In this document: piece by piece, positions 8,704 to 15,402 of the stretch
Layout of the letters: each line of letters starts with the position of its first letter
Numbering within the stretch: position 1 is the stretch's first letter
Source: an archaeon
GTDB taxonomy: Archaea > B1Sed10-29 > WALL01
Direction of reading: 5' to 3'
DNA length: 64,000 bases
Assembly: GCA_042584585.1 (NCBI GenBank)
Contig: JBHOSQ010000001.1
Coordinates: forward strand, 3,508 to 67,507
Position numbers and translations under genes: made by a program
Notes under the pieces: model-generated
Told to the model about the DNA's origin: nothing
What the model saw: the letters and a program-made list of their open reading frames with translations, nothing else
Database searches by the model: none

Positions 8704-8764
8704 TGCCTCTGGGGGGTGCCGATTGGCACCCCCCAAGTCTAACGTGCCAGCTTAGTTTAAGCTG
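8704..8764. repeat. Two-hairpin intergenic repeat element, copy A
   Basis: TGCCTCTGG, then hairpin GGGGGGTGCC-GATT-GGCACCCCCC (8711..8734), then AAGTCTAACGTGC, then hairpin CAGCTTA-GTT-TAAGCTG (8748..8764). Near-identical 3' half at 50757..50786. A half copy TGCCTCTGGGAGCACGATTGCC lies at 8674..8695. Confidence 0.8.
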
Positions 8765-8766
8765 AA

Positions 8767-9549
8767 TTACATCCTCGTCTTTTTCTTGCCGAAGCTCTGG
8801 ATCGCGTCCAATATTTCAACCGGAGTCACAAACACAACCGTGTTGCTCTGGTCGCTCGACAAGTCGTTCAGCGTCTGCAGCGTCCGCAAGTGCAAGCCAC
8901 CAGGCGACTTCGCAAGAGTTTGCGCGGCCTTCGACATGTTCTCCGAAGCGATTACCTCGCCCTCCGCCTTGATAATCAAAGCACGCTTTTCCCTTTCGGT
9001 CTCGGCCTGTTTCATAATCGTGCGCTTCAGTTCCTGCGCAATCTCGATGTCCTGCAGCTTAATCTCGGTGACGTCAATTCCCCACGGGTCTGTTCCCTTG
9101 TCAACGATGTCCCGCAAGCGCGTCGCGATTTGGTCACGCTTGGACAACAAGTCGTCAAGCTCTACTTCACCAGCAACGTCACGCAAAGAAGTCTGGCCGT
9201 ACCGCGAGACAGCGTAGTGATAGTCCTCAATGTTCAGGACCGCTTTCTCCGGGTCAAGCACACGGTAGTAAATCACCGCGTTTATTTTGACGGGAACGTT
9301 GTCCTTCGTCATTACTTCCTGTGAAGGAATGTCCAGCGTGCGAATCCGGGTGTCAAGCCGGCGCCACGACTGCAGCACTGGGATGATAACGTTAACGCCC
9401 GGCTCCATTATCCGGGAAAACTTGCCCAGCGTGAACAACACGCCGCGCTGGTACTGCATCACCACTTTCACGAAAGCGGAAATGAAGATTATGCCAAAAA
9501 ACCCTAGAAATATTATTTCAAAAATCACCTTAGAACACCTCGACTGCAT
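8767..9549 (-). CDS. SPFH/band-7 (stomatin/prohibitin-like) membrane protein
   Basis: N-terminal TM followed by YQRGVLFTLGKFSRIMEPGVNVIIPVLQS...LDIPSQEVMTKDNVPVKINAVIYYRVLDPEKAV...ALIIKAEGE, typical of stomatin-family proteins. Confidence 0.9.
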   Translation of the reverse strand: MQSRCSKVIFEIIFLGFFGIIFISAFVKVVMQYQRGVLFTLGKFSRIMEPGVNVIIPVLQSWRRLDTRIRTLDIPSQEVMTKDNVPVKINAVIYYRVLDPEKAVLNIEDYHYAVSRYGQTSLRDVAGEVELDDLLSKRDQIATRLRDIVDKGTDPWGIDVTEIKLQDIEIAQELKRTIMKQAETEREKRALIIKAEGEVIASENMSKAAQTLAKSPGGLHLRTLQTLNDLSSDQSNTVVFVTPVEILDAIQSFGKKKTRM

Positions 9550-9561
9550 AACGCGGCGGAG

Positions 9562-10737
9562 CTATTTATTAGTTACGAAATGCTCGATGCGGTCCAGGGC
9601 AATGGAAAGCGTTTCCACGGGAGCGAGGACGACCATTCGGAAGTGGCCCTTGCCGTATTCCCCGAAACCTGAGCCGTGCACCACCAAAACGTGCTCCTGG
9701 TGCAATAAGTCAAGCACCCATTTCTTGTCGTCAGGGGTGTCGATTTTTGGGAAGGCGTAGAACGCCCCTTTCGGCTCCGTGCACTCCAACCCCATTTCAG
9801 AGAAGCGCTTCAGCACGAAGTCGCGGCGCTCAACCAATCTTTTCTTGGTTTCCGCGATGTGGCCCTGCGGCCCGTCCAACGCGGCCTTGTAGCCCCACGC
9901 ACACGGGGTGTTGACGCACAAGCGGTTGCGGGCGAGTGTGGCACAGGACTCGTAGATGTCGGGGCAGTTTCGGAAGGCCATTGACCCAACGCGCCAGCCC
10001 GGCGCCAAATAGTTCTTGCTGATTCCATTGAGGGTGATTACGGGAGTGTCCTTCACGAGCGAAGAAAGCGAGACCGATTCCTCGAAAGCCAACAAGTCAT
10101 AAATTTCGTCGCTAATGATTGGCAGGGAGTGCTCGCCCGCCAAGTCGATAATTGCCTGCAAAGTTTTTTTGGAATAAACTGCGCCGGTGGGGTTGTTGGG
10201 GTTGATGACAGCGAGGACGCTTGTCTTGCCGGTGATTTTTTTGCGGACGTCGTCGACGTCGGGCTGCCAGCCCTCTTCTTCGACGCAGGCGTACTCCACA
10301 GGATTGCCGCCGCACAAGTTCGCGCGGGACATGTACTGGGGGTAATTGGGGCCGGGAACAAGGGCTTCGCCGCCCGGGGGCACTAGGCATGTGAACGAGA
10401 AGTGGACGCCTTCGCTCGCGCCCTGGGTAAGCAAATAGGAATCGGCTTCGGTTCCGTTCACGCGCTTGTCCCACGCGCGGAGTGATTCAAGCACCGCTGC
10501 GTTGCCGTGGGAGTCACAGTAGCCATTTTTGCCGTTGTTGATTGCGTCACACGCGGCCTTGCGGATGTGCTCAGGGGTATCAAAGTCGTAGTGGTTGGGG
10601 TCGCCTATGTTAAGCTTGATTATTTTGTGGCCCTGGGCCTCCAGCTTCTTGGCGGGAAGCACGACATCGCGGATTGCGTATTTGAGGCCTTTGACGCGGT
10701 CGGTAACCATGTGGCTGCCATTACCGCTGCGGGTCAT
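9562..10737 (-). CDS. Class I PLP aminotransferase, alanine aminotransferase-like
   Basis: KLNIGDPNHYDFDTPEHIRKA, NPNNPTG and the PLP-lysine motif SKNYLAPGWRVG. Overall resembles archaeal AlaAT. Confidence 0.85.
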   Translation of the reverse strand: MTRSGNGSHMVTDRVKGLKYAIRDVVLPAKKLEAQGHKIIKLNIGDPNHYDFDTPEHIRKAACDAINNGKNGYCDSHGNAAVLESLRAWDKRVNGTEADSYLLTQGASEGVHFSFTCLVPPGGEALVPGPNYPQYMSRANLCGGNPVEYACVEEEGWQPDVDDVRKKITGKTSVLAVINPNNPTGAVYSKKTLQAIIDLAGEHSLPIISDEIYDLLAFEESVSLSSLVKDTPVITLNGISKNYLAPGWRVGSMAFRNCPDIYESCATLARNRLCVNTPCAWGYKAALDGPQGHIAETKKRLVERRDFVLKRFSEMGLECTEPKGAFYAFPKIDTPDDKKWVLDLLHQEHVLVVHGSGFGEYGKGHFRMVVLAPVETLSIALDRIEHFVTNK

Positions 10738-10750
10738 AAAAAGCTAACGG

Positions 10751-11023
10751 CTATACGAGAGTCGCCATGTGCCAAAAAATCCCGCCAATGAAAATCATGC
10801 ATATTGATGCGGCCACGGCGACGAACATGTTGGGGATTGGAATGGACTTTCTTTCCATCACGAGGAACGGGCCCAACAGAATGAACGCGGCGCCTAGGAA
10901 CAAAAAGGCCAGTGCCATGTCGAGAATAATCAGCGCGTAGGAAAACGCGAACAAGAACGCGTAAAACACCACGGCCTGTTTCTTCAGCAACGCGGGAATC
11001 ATATTTGGCACTACGAGGCGCAT
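10751..11023 (-). CDS. Small integral membrane protein, hypothetical
   Basis: 90-aa ORF with three hydrophobic segments. ATG 11002 (MIPALL) is better spaced (28 nt) from the ATATATTTAAAAA box than ATG 11023. Confidence 0.5.
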   Translation of the reverse strand: MRLVVPNMIPALLKKQAVVFYAFLFAFSYALIILDMALAFLFLGAAFILLGPFLVMERKSIPIPNMFVAVAASICMIFIGGIFWHMATLV

Positions 11024-11045
11024 ATATTTAAAAACACCCCCTCCC

Positions 11046-12002
11046 TTGCCTAGTTTAGTGTTGTCTCTTGGTAACGGCGTGAGCTACGAAAACAACGGAA
11101 GCCGCGTTTTGTTTGACCCCAGCCGGAAGGCTCGGGAAGGCCTAGTGTGTATCAGCCACGGCCACTCCGACCACGCCAAGAACCACGACACCACAATGCT
11201 CATGACCCAAGAGACCATGGAAATCACGGGGCTCGAGGGCGAGGCGATTAAGTACGGAAAAGAAAAGCACGGGATTACCGCACACAACGCGGGCCACGTG
11301 CTCGGCTCCGCGCAGTTCGAGACCAACGGCATAGTGTACACCGGCGACTTGTTGACCGACAACCCGTTGCTCGGCGGAGCAGACCCGGTGCCGTGCGAAG
11401 AGTTGGTTATCGAAGCCACGTTCGGGCTGCCGGAATACGTTTTCCGCCCGAGGGAAGAAGTCATCGCCGAAATACAGTCATGGGTCAAGGCAAACCACGA
11501 CGCCGGGAGGACCGTGGTGCTCGGCGGATACTCGCTCGGTAAGGCCCAGGAGCTCACGAAAATCGCGTGTGGCGCCGGCTTCACGCCCTTGGTGCACCCC
11601 AAGATTGCGAGGGTGAACGAGGTCTACGAAAGCCACGGAGTGCGGCTGGGGGAATGGGTCGAAACCGGCACGGACGAAGGCAACGAGATGGCGCGGCACA
11701 GCTACGTCGCGGTGATGCCGTTCCACCAGGTCAAGCCCCCACTGATTGAGTCGTTGTCACACGACAGGAAAGTCGTTGCCGGGGTCGCGACGGGGTGGAG
11801 TTTCGGGAACAAGGCAGGCAAAGTATTCCAGTTAAGCGACCACGCGGACTTCCCGCATTTGCTGCGGTACGTCGAAGCCGCCGAGCCCAAGCGGATTTAC
11901 ACGGTGCACGGGTTTGAGAGCGAGTTCGCGAGGCAGCTGCAGCGGAGGGGATGGGCGGCGAGGCCGCTGAAGCACAGGCAAAAAACGCTTGGCGAGTGGT
12001 AA
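11046..12002 (+). CDS. Metallo-beta-lactamase fold, beta-CASP-like nuclease (COG1236-type)
   Basis: ISHGHSDH (HxHxDH), ATFGLPEY and LSDHADFPHLLRYV...IYTVHG, which are beta-CASP-like C-terminal motifs. Start is TTG 11046 or GTG 11058. Confidence 0.6.
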   Translation: MPSLVLSLGNGVSYENNGSRVLFDPSRKAREGLVCISHGHSDHAKNHDTTMLMTQETMEITGLEGEAIKYGKEKHGITAHNAGHVLGSAQFETNGIVYTGDLLTDNPLLGGADPVPCEELVIEATFGLPEYVFRPREEVIAEIQSWVKANHDAGRTVVLGGYSLGKAQELTKIACGAGFTPLVHPKIARVNEVYESHGVRLGEWVETGTDEGNEMARHSYVAVMPFHQVKPPLIESLSHDRKVVAGVATGWSFGNKAGKVFQLSDHADFPHLLRYVEAAEPKRIYTVHGFESEFARQLQRRGWAARPLKHRQKTLGEW

Positions 12003-12034
12003 ATTTATATACCCGTAATTCATAGGTGTTTTTC

Positions 12035-12526
12035 ATGACGCAATACAAGGAACAGGCCCATGTCCGCGACATCTCCAAGGAAGTGATTCTCCACGCAATT
12101 GAAGCGATTTGCGCGGGAATGATCCAGGACGCGCGGTACAACTTCGGCAGAGAGGCGGGGTATTCTTCGCAGCTCCTGGTCAAGGAGGACGAAGGCTTAG
12201 TGTTCTGCGAAGTCAAGTTCATTCCGTATGACTACCGGTTCAGGTGGCTCGTCGAAAAAGAAAAAGACGGCTACCTCGTGACGTTCGTCGGCTCCACGCC
12301 CAACCCGTGGTTCGAGTTCCTGACGCGCCAAAGCGAAAAGCTCCGTGGCCTCGTGGACACGCAGTGGAGTGCGTTCGTCAACTTCGGCATCGGGTTCGTC
12401 ACATGCAACTACTACTACAAAAACGTGCACAGCAAAGCAAAGACCAAGGCCCCGCGCGAGCACATCAAGAAAGCGGCGACTCGCGTCAAGAAAAGAAGCA
12501 GGCACAAAAAGACCAAGATTGACTGA
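12035..12526 (+). CDS. Hypothetical protein with Lys-rich C-terminus
   Basis: Track ORF 12026..12526 (GTG). ATG 12035 sits 27 nt downstream of AAATTTATATACC. No domain recognised. Confidence 0.6.
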   Translation: MTQYKEQAHVRDISKEVILHAIEAICAGMIQDARYNFGREAGYSSQLLVKEDEGLVFCEVKFIPYDYRFRWLVEKEKDGYLVTFVGSTPNPWFEFLTRQSEKLRGLVDTQWSAFVNFGIGFVTCNYYYKNVHSKAKTKAPREHIKKAATRVKKRSRHKKTKID

Positions 12527-12583
12527 GCCAACATTAATTGGGTAGCCACTGCAACATACCTAGGCATAGCAACAGCAACATAC

Positions 12584-12611
12584 GGGGGAGCCGCCAGTTG
12601 GCGGCTCCCCC
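12584..12611. terminator. G-run palindromic hairpin (family member)
   Basis: Perfect GGGGGAGCCGCC-AGTT-GGCGGCTCCCCC, 58 nt downstream of the stop at 12526. Confidence 0.5.
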
Positions 12612-12653
12612 AATCAAACAGAGGTCAACCCAAATCAGGTGACTAGCGGCAGC

Positions 12654-12924
12654 AAAAAACAAGGGAGCCGGGAAGAGCGTTGGCCCTTCCCGGCGTTGCT
12701 TCCATGTGGATAATACCAGAGGCAGGAGACGTCTCTTAGGTTCTCCACTTACTTCCCGTTCGTTGCCTACTAGAGGAAGCCTCAGTACACCTCGCGTGGA
12801 AACACCCCGGCGGGAAATTTGAGCTTTGGCGAGGAAAGTATTTCTCGAACCTCTTTAAAGCAAGTTGGGTACAGCCAGTGGCTGGGGACCTAGCCTGCTG
12901 CCAAAGTTGCTCTTTCCCACCGGG
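12654..12924 (-). ncRNA. Candidate structured ncRNA of unknown class
   Basis: Lies in a 485-bp non-coding gap between convergent genes. Minus-strand TTTATATA box at 12947..12954 and a second CTTTAAAG at 12853..12860. T6 run at 12654..12659, preceded by hairpin GCCGGGAAG...CTTCCCGGC. A 121-nt segment is closed by a ~12-bp helix CCGGGGUGUUUCC/GGAAGCAACGCCGG. Motifs resemble 5S (CGAACGGGAAGUAAG) and SRP (GGUGGG...CUGUACCC; GGAAGCAACG). Class unresolved. Confidence 0.35.
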
Positions 12925-13014
12925 GACTGTACTTACGCTAACCAAATATATAAACCTATCGTGTAATAATGTTCAATAGTTTAGGAGTAATTGCAAGGAC
13001 TGGACAGTTGTCCA

Positions 13015-13749
13015 CTATCTTTTGTGTGTTGCTTTGTATTTGATTGTTTGGTGTGGGCCCTGCACATACCGGTCTTTCATAATCTTGACCGGCAGCTTGC
13101 GGTATGCCTCTACTTTCTGAGGGCTCATCCCGATGTAGTCCGTAACCTTCGAGCCGTATTCTTTCTTGGCCTTGTTCCGCTCCTCGTCCGCTACTTCTTT
13201 TGCCTGTATGGTTGCGGGGCCATGGACGGTCACGTCAATTCCGTTTTTGGCCAGAATCTTCGCGAGCTTATCCACACACGAGTCCAGGACCGTGCCGGCC
13301 AGAACAACTGAGCGCACTTTCTTTTTCTTAAGGAACGGCACGACTTCGTTGGCAATGCGGTCCAGGTCCATGAAAGGCTTAAGCGCCGCCTCCCCCTCGT
13401 CCATTCCCTTGACACACCGGTGCATTATGAACACCTGCTCGCCCGGCAGCTTCAAAAGGCTTGGAGGCTCTCCCGAAGCCACTCGCGAAACATTGGAGCG
13501 CGTGTTGCTCACCAGTAATGGGTCGTCTATTTTTTCGGACTCGTGGTTCCTGTGGTGAATGGTAAGGACGGTGCTGTCCGCGAACTGTTCCTTCAAGCCG
13601 TTTATCTCGTTGGTCACCCGCATGAAGCCCGAGCCATTGCCCTGTTTCTTGAGGATGTTTTGGGCGTGCCTGTCGAAGTGCAGGACAATAAGGCCGTCCG
13701 CATCAATCGGGGTGTGGTGGTCCAAGAGACCGGTCTGTTTCACCATCAA
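13015..13749 (-). CDS. Isochorismatase/cysteine-hydrolase-like protein
   Basis: VRSVVLAGTVLDSCVDKLAKILAKNGIDVTVHG matches the isochorismatase-family vvlaG..td.CV...a..a...G..V.v pattern. ATG 13749 is ~23 nt from TTTTTAAAAG. Confidence 0.5.
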   Translation of the reverse strand: MMVKQTGLLDHHTPIDADGLIVLHFDRHAQNILKKQGNGSGFMRVTNEINGLKEQFADSTVLTIHHRNHESEKIDDPLLVSNTRSNVSRVASGEPPSLLKLPGEQVFIMHRCVKGMDEGEAALKPFMDLDRIANEVVPFLKKKKVRSVVLAGTVLDSCVDKLAKILAKNGIDVTVHGPATIQAKEVADEERNKAKKEYGSKVTDYIGMSPQKVEAYRKLPVKIMKDRYVQGPHQTIKYKATHKR

Positions 13750-13783
13750 CTAATTTATACCCGAACGGCTTTTAAAAAGCCTT

Positions 13784-14308
13784 ATGCGAAACGTGTTGAT
13801 TGTACTTGCTGTACTACTGCTTGCCGGGTGTGCGGGCACGTCTGAAGAAGCGACTCCCACTCCCGCCGCTACCCCAGTGGCGACGCCGGTCGTGACGCCG
13901 GAGCCAACTGCGACCCCAACGCCTGAGCCCACGCCAATGCCGGCCGGGCACGACTGCTACGTTGATTACGATCACGAGCTGTCTGACGCAATCCGGATAC
14001 AGGAGTGCTTCATGGAAGCAGGCGACCATGTGGAGTGTGTTTACTTCATGCTCAAGGGCGCCCGCGAAGCGGAAAAGACTGGCGAGACGCTCCAGGCCGG
14101 GTGGGCCATGAGGCTCTACTCAAAGGCGATTATCTGCGCCAAAGAAGCCGAACAGCACGAGAACGCGGCCCTCTTGCCGGAAAACATGGCTAACACAATC
14201 AACGACTACTTCATGTGCTACCACGCCGACGCCGTGTGCGGCGCTACGACTGACGATGTAGACGAGATTCTTGTTGAGCTGGAAGAAGTAAGGCAGGACT
14301 TCGCGTAG
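13784..14308 (+). CDS. Secreted lipoprotein-like protein with PT-rich linker
   Basis: MRNVLIVLAVLLLAGCAG (lipobox LAGC), then ATPTPAATPVATPVVTPEPTATPTPEPTP, then a Cys-containing helical domain. Confidence 0.7.
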   Translation: MRNVLIVLAVLLLAGCAGTSEEATPTPAATPVATPVVTPEPTATPTPEPTPMPAGHDCYVDYDHELSDAIRIQECFMEAGDHVECVYFMLKGAREAEKTGETLQAGWAMRLYSKAIICAKEAEQHENAALLPENMANTINDYFMCYHADAVCGATTDDVDEILVELEEVRQDFA

Positions 14309-14338
14309 AAAAAGCAAGTCGGCAGAAAAAGTAGGATT

Positions 14339-14366
14339 GGGGACTCCGCCAATTGGCGGAGTCCCC
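14339..14366. terminator. G-run palindromic hairpin (family member) between convergent genes
   Basis: Perfect 28-nt palindrome GGGGACTCCGCC-AATT-GGCGGAGTCCCC. A T5 run follows on the minus strand. Confidence 0.5.
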
Positions 14367-14395
14367 GGATTATCTTCGAAAAGTTTGATTACTTC

Positions 14396-15076
14396 TTAGC
14401 TGACGAAGTCAGCGATTATTTCGGTTGTAATCAGCAGTGCCTTTTCGACTTCATCTTCTGAGCGAGCGCCTGTGCAAATCACTTTGCCGTTCTTGAACAA
14501 CAGCAGCGACGCCTTCACGCCATTGCCGTCCTTGGAAAGCTTCAGGATTGCTCCAGGGAATTGTTCTGGCTCGTACTCAATCGTGTCCACTTCGCGGGCG
14601 AGCGCGAACAAGTCGAGCTCTACGTTGAAGTTGGCCGAAGCGACCATGTTCACGATTTTGATGTTGTAAGGGTTATCACCAGTCGCGGGCTCTGGCGGGC
14701 GCGTCGGGACAATACGGTCGAACATGGGCCCGGTGCGCTTGACCTTCTTTTTGGCTGCCTTGCGGGGAGTTGCCTTCTTCACGGCCTTCTTCGCAGGCTT
14801 TTTCTTGACAACCTTTTTCTTGGCCACCTTTTTCTTGGTGACTTTTTTCACGGGCTTCTTCTTGATGACCTTTTTCTTCGTCACCTTCTTTTTGGTTGCC
14901 TTCTTCTTGACGGCCTTCTTTTTGACAACCTTTTTCTTGACAACCTTTCTCTTCGTTGCCTTCTTCTTGACCGTCTTCCTAGAAGTAGCCTTCTTCTTGA
15001 CTGTCTTCTTTTTCACTGCCTTGCTCTTGGTCTTTTTAGCAGCAGTTTTCCTCGCGCGTTTAACAGTTTTGGCCAT
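14396..15076 (-). CDS. Single-repeat TATA-binding-protein-like protein with ~120-aa Lys-rich N-terminal tail
   Basis: C-terminal ~90 aa [77 protein letters not shown] aligns with one TBP repeat (compare P. woesei [63 protein letters not shown]). The N-terminus is KKKxVKKK repeats. No second repeat is present. Confidence 0.85.
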   Translation of the reverse strand: [226 protein letters not shown]

Positions 15077-15095
15077 AAGCCAATCACCTCACCCC

Positions 15096-15152
15096 ATTTA
15101 TAAATGGATTCATTTATAAAGGATTCGTTTTTAAAGGATAATCCTTTTAAAG
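15096..15152. promoter_or_regulatory. Four tandem TATA-like boxes in a divergent promoter
   Basis: ATTTATAAAT (15096), ATTTATAAAG (15112), GTTTTTAAAG (15127) and CCTTTTAAAG (15143), spaced 15-16 nt apart. The first three are followed by GGAT. Box 1 is 25 nt from ATG 15076 (-); box 4 is ~27 nt from GTG 15175 (+). Confidence 0.6.
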
Positions 15153-15174
15153 CGCCACGGAAACAATACCCACG

Positions 15175-15396
15175 GTGTTTCAAATGCCCGAATTCGTTAC
15201 TATTAAGGCGGAAGAAGTCAAATACGGCAACAACTTCATGGAAGTGTCGCGCAAAAAGGTTGACGACAACGAGTTCCTCATGATATCAAAGGGATACTTT
15301 GCCCAGGACGGCTCAAAACGCTACAAGGGCGGCGTCGGCATCCCAGACCGCGATGAAGTCAAAAAGTTCCTATCGGAAAAGCTCTTACAAATGTGA
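15175..15396 (+). CDS. Small hypothetical protein, possibly PC4/YdbC-like
   Basis: 73-aa ORF (GTG 15175 or ATG 15184). YGNNFMEVSRKKVDDNEFLMISKGYFAQDGSKRYKGGVGIP weakly recalls PC4/YdbC-like ssDNA-binding proteins. Confidence 0.45.
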   Translation: MFQMPEFVTIKAEEVKYGNNFMEVSRKKVDDNEFLMISKGYFAQDGSKRYKGGVGIPDRDEVKKFLSEKLLQM

Positions 15397-15402
15397 TGCT
15401 TA

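Noticed and set aside
12691-12811. Calling this 121-nt helix-closed segment a 5S rRNA gene.
   Set aside because: Size, the terminal helix and the CGAACGGGAAGUAAG motif fit. However, I could not find a helix II partner for the strand following that motif, nor a canonical loop E (AGUA/GAA). It is kept only as an unclassified ncRNA candidate.
12736-12945. 69-aa ORF inside the 12.5-13.0 kb gap.
   Set aside because: Its composition is implausible (Ser/Arg/Gln/Cys-rich). It has no start context, and it overlaps strongly self-complementary sequence. An RNA gene is more likely.
14745-15060. Periodic AAG/AAA-rich DNA repeats (CTTCTT/TTTCTT on the + strand) that might look like a tandem repeat or CRISPR-like array.
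   Set aside because: The periodicity is the coding sequence of the KKKxVKKK tail of the TBP-like protein. There are no unique spacers, and no CRISPR array is seen anywhere in the window.
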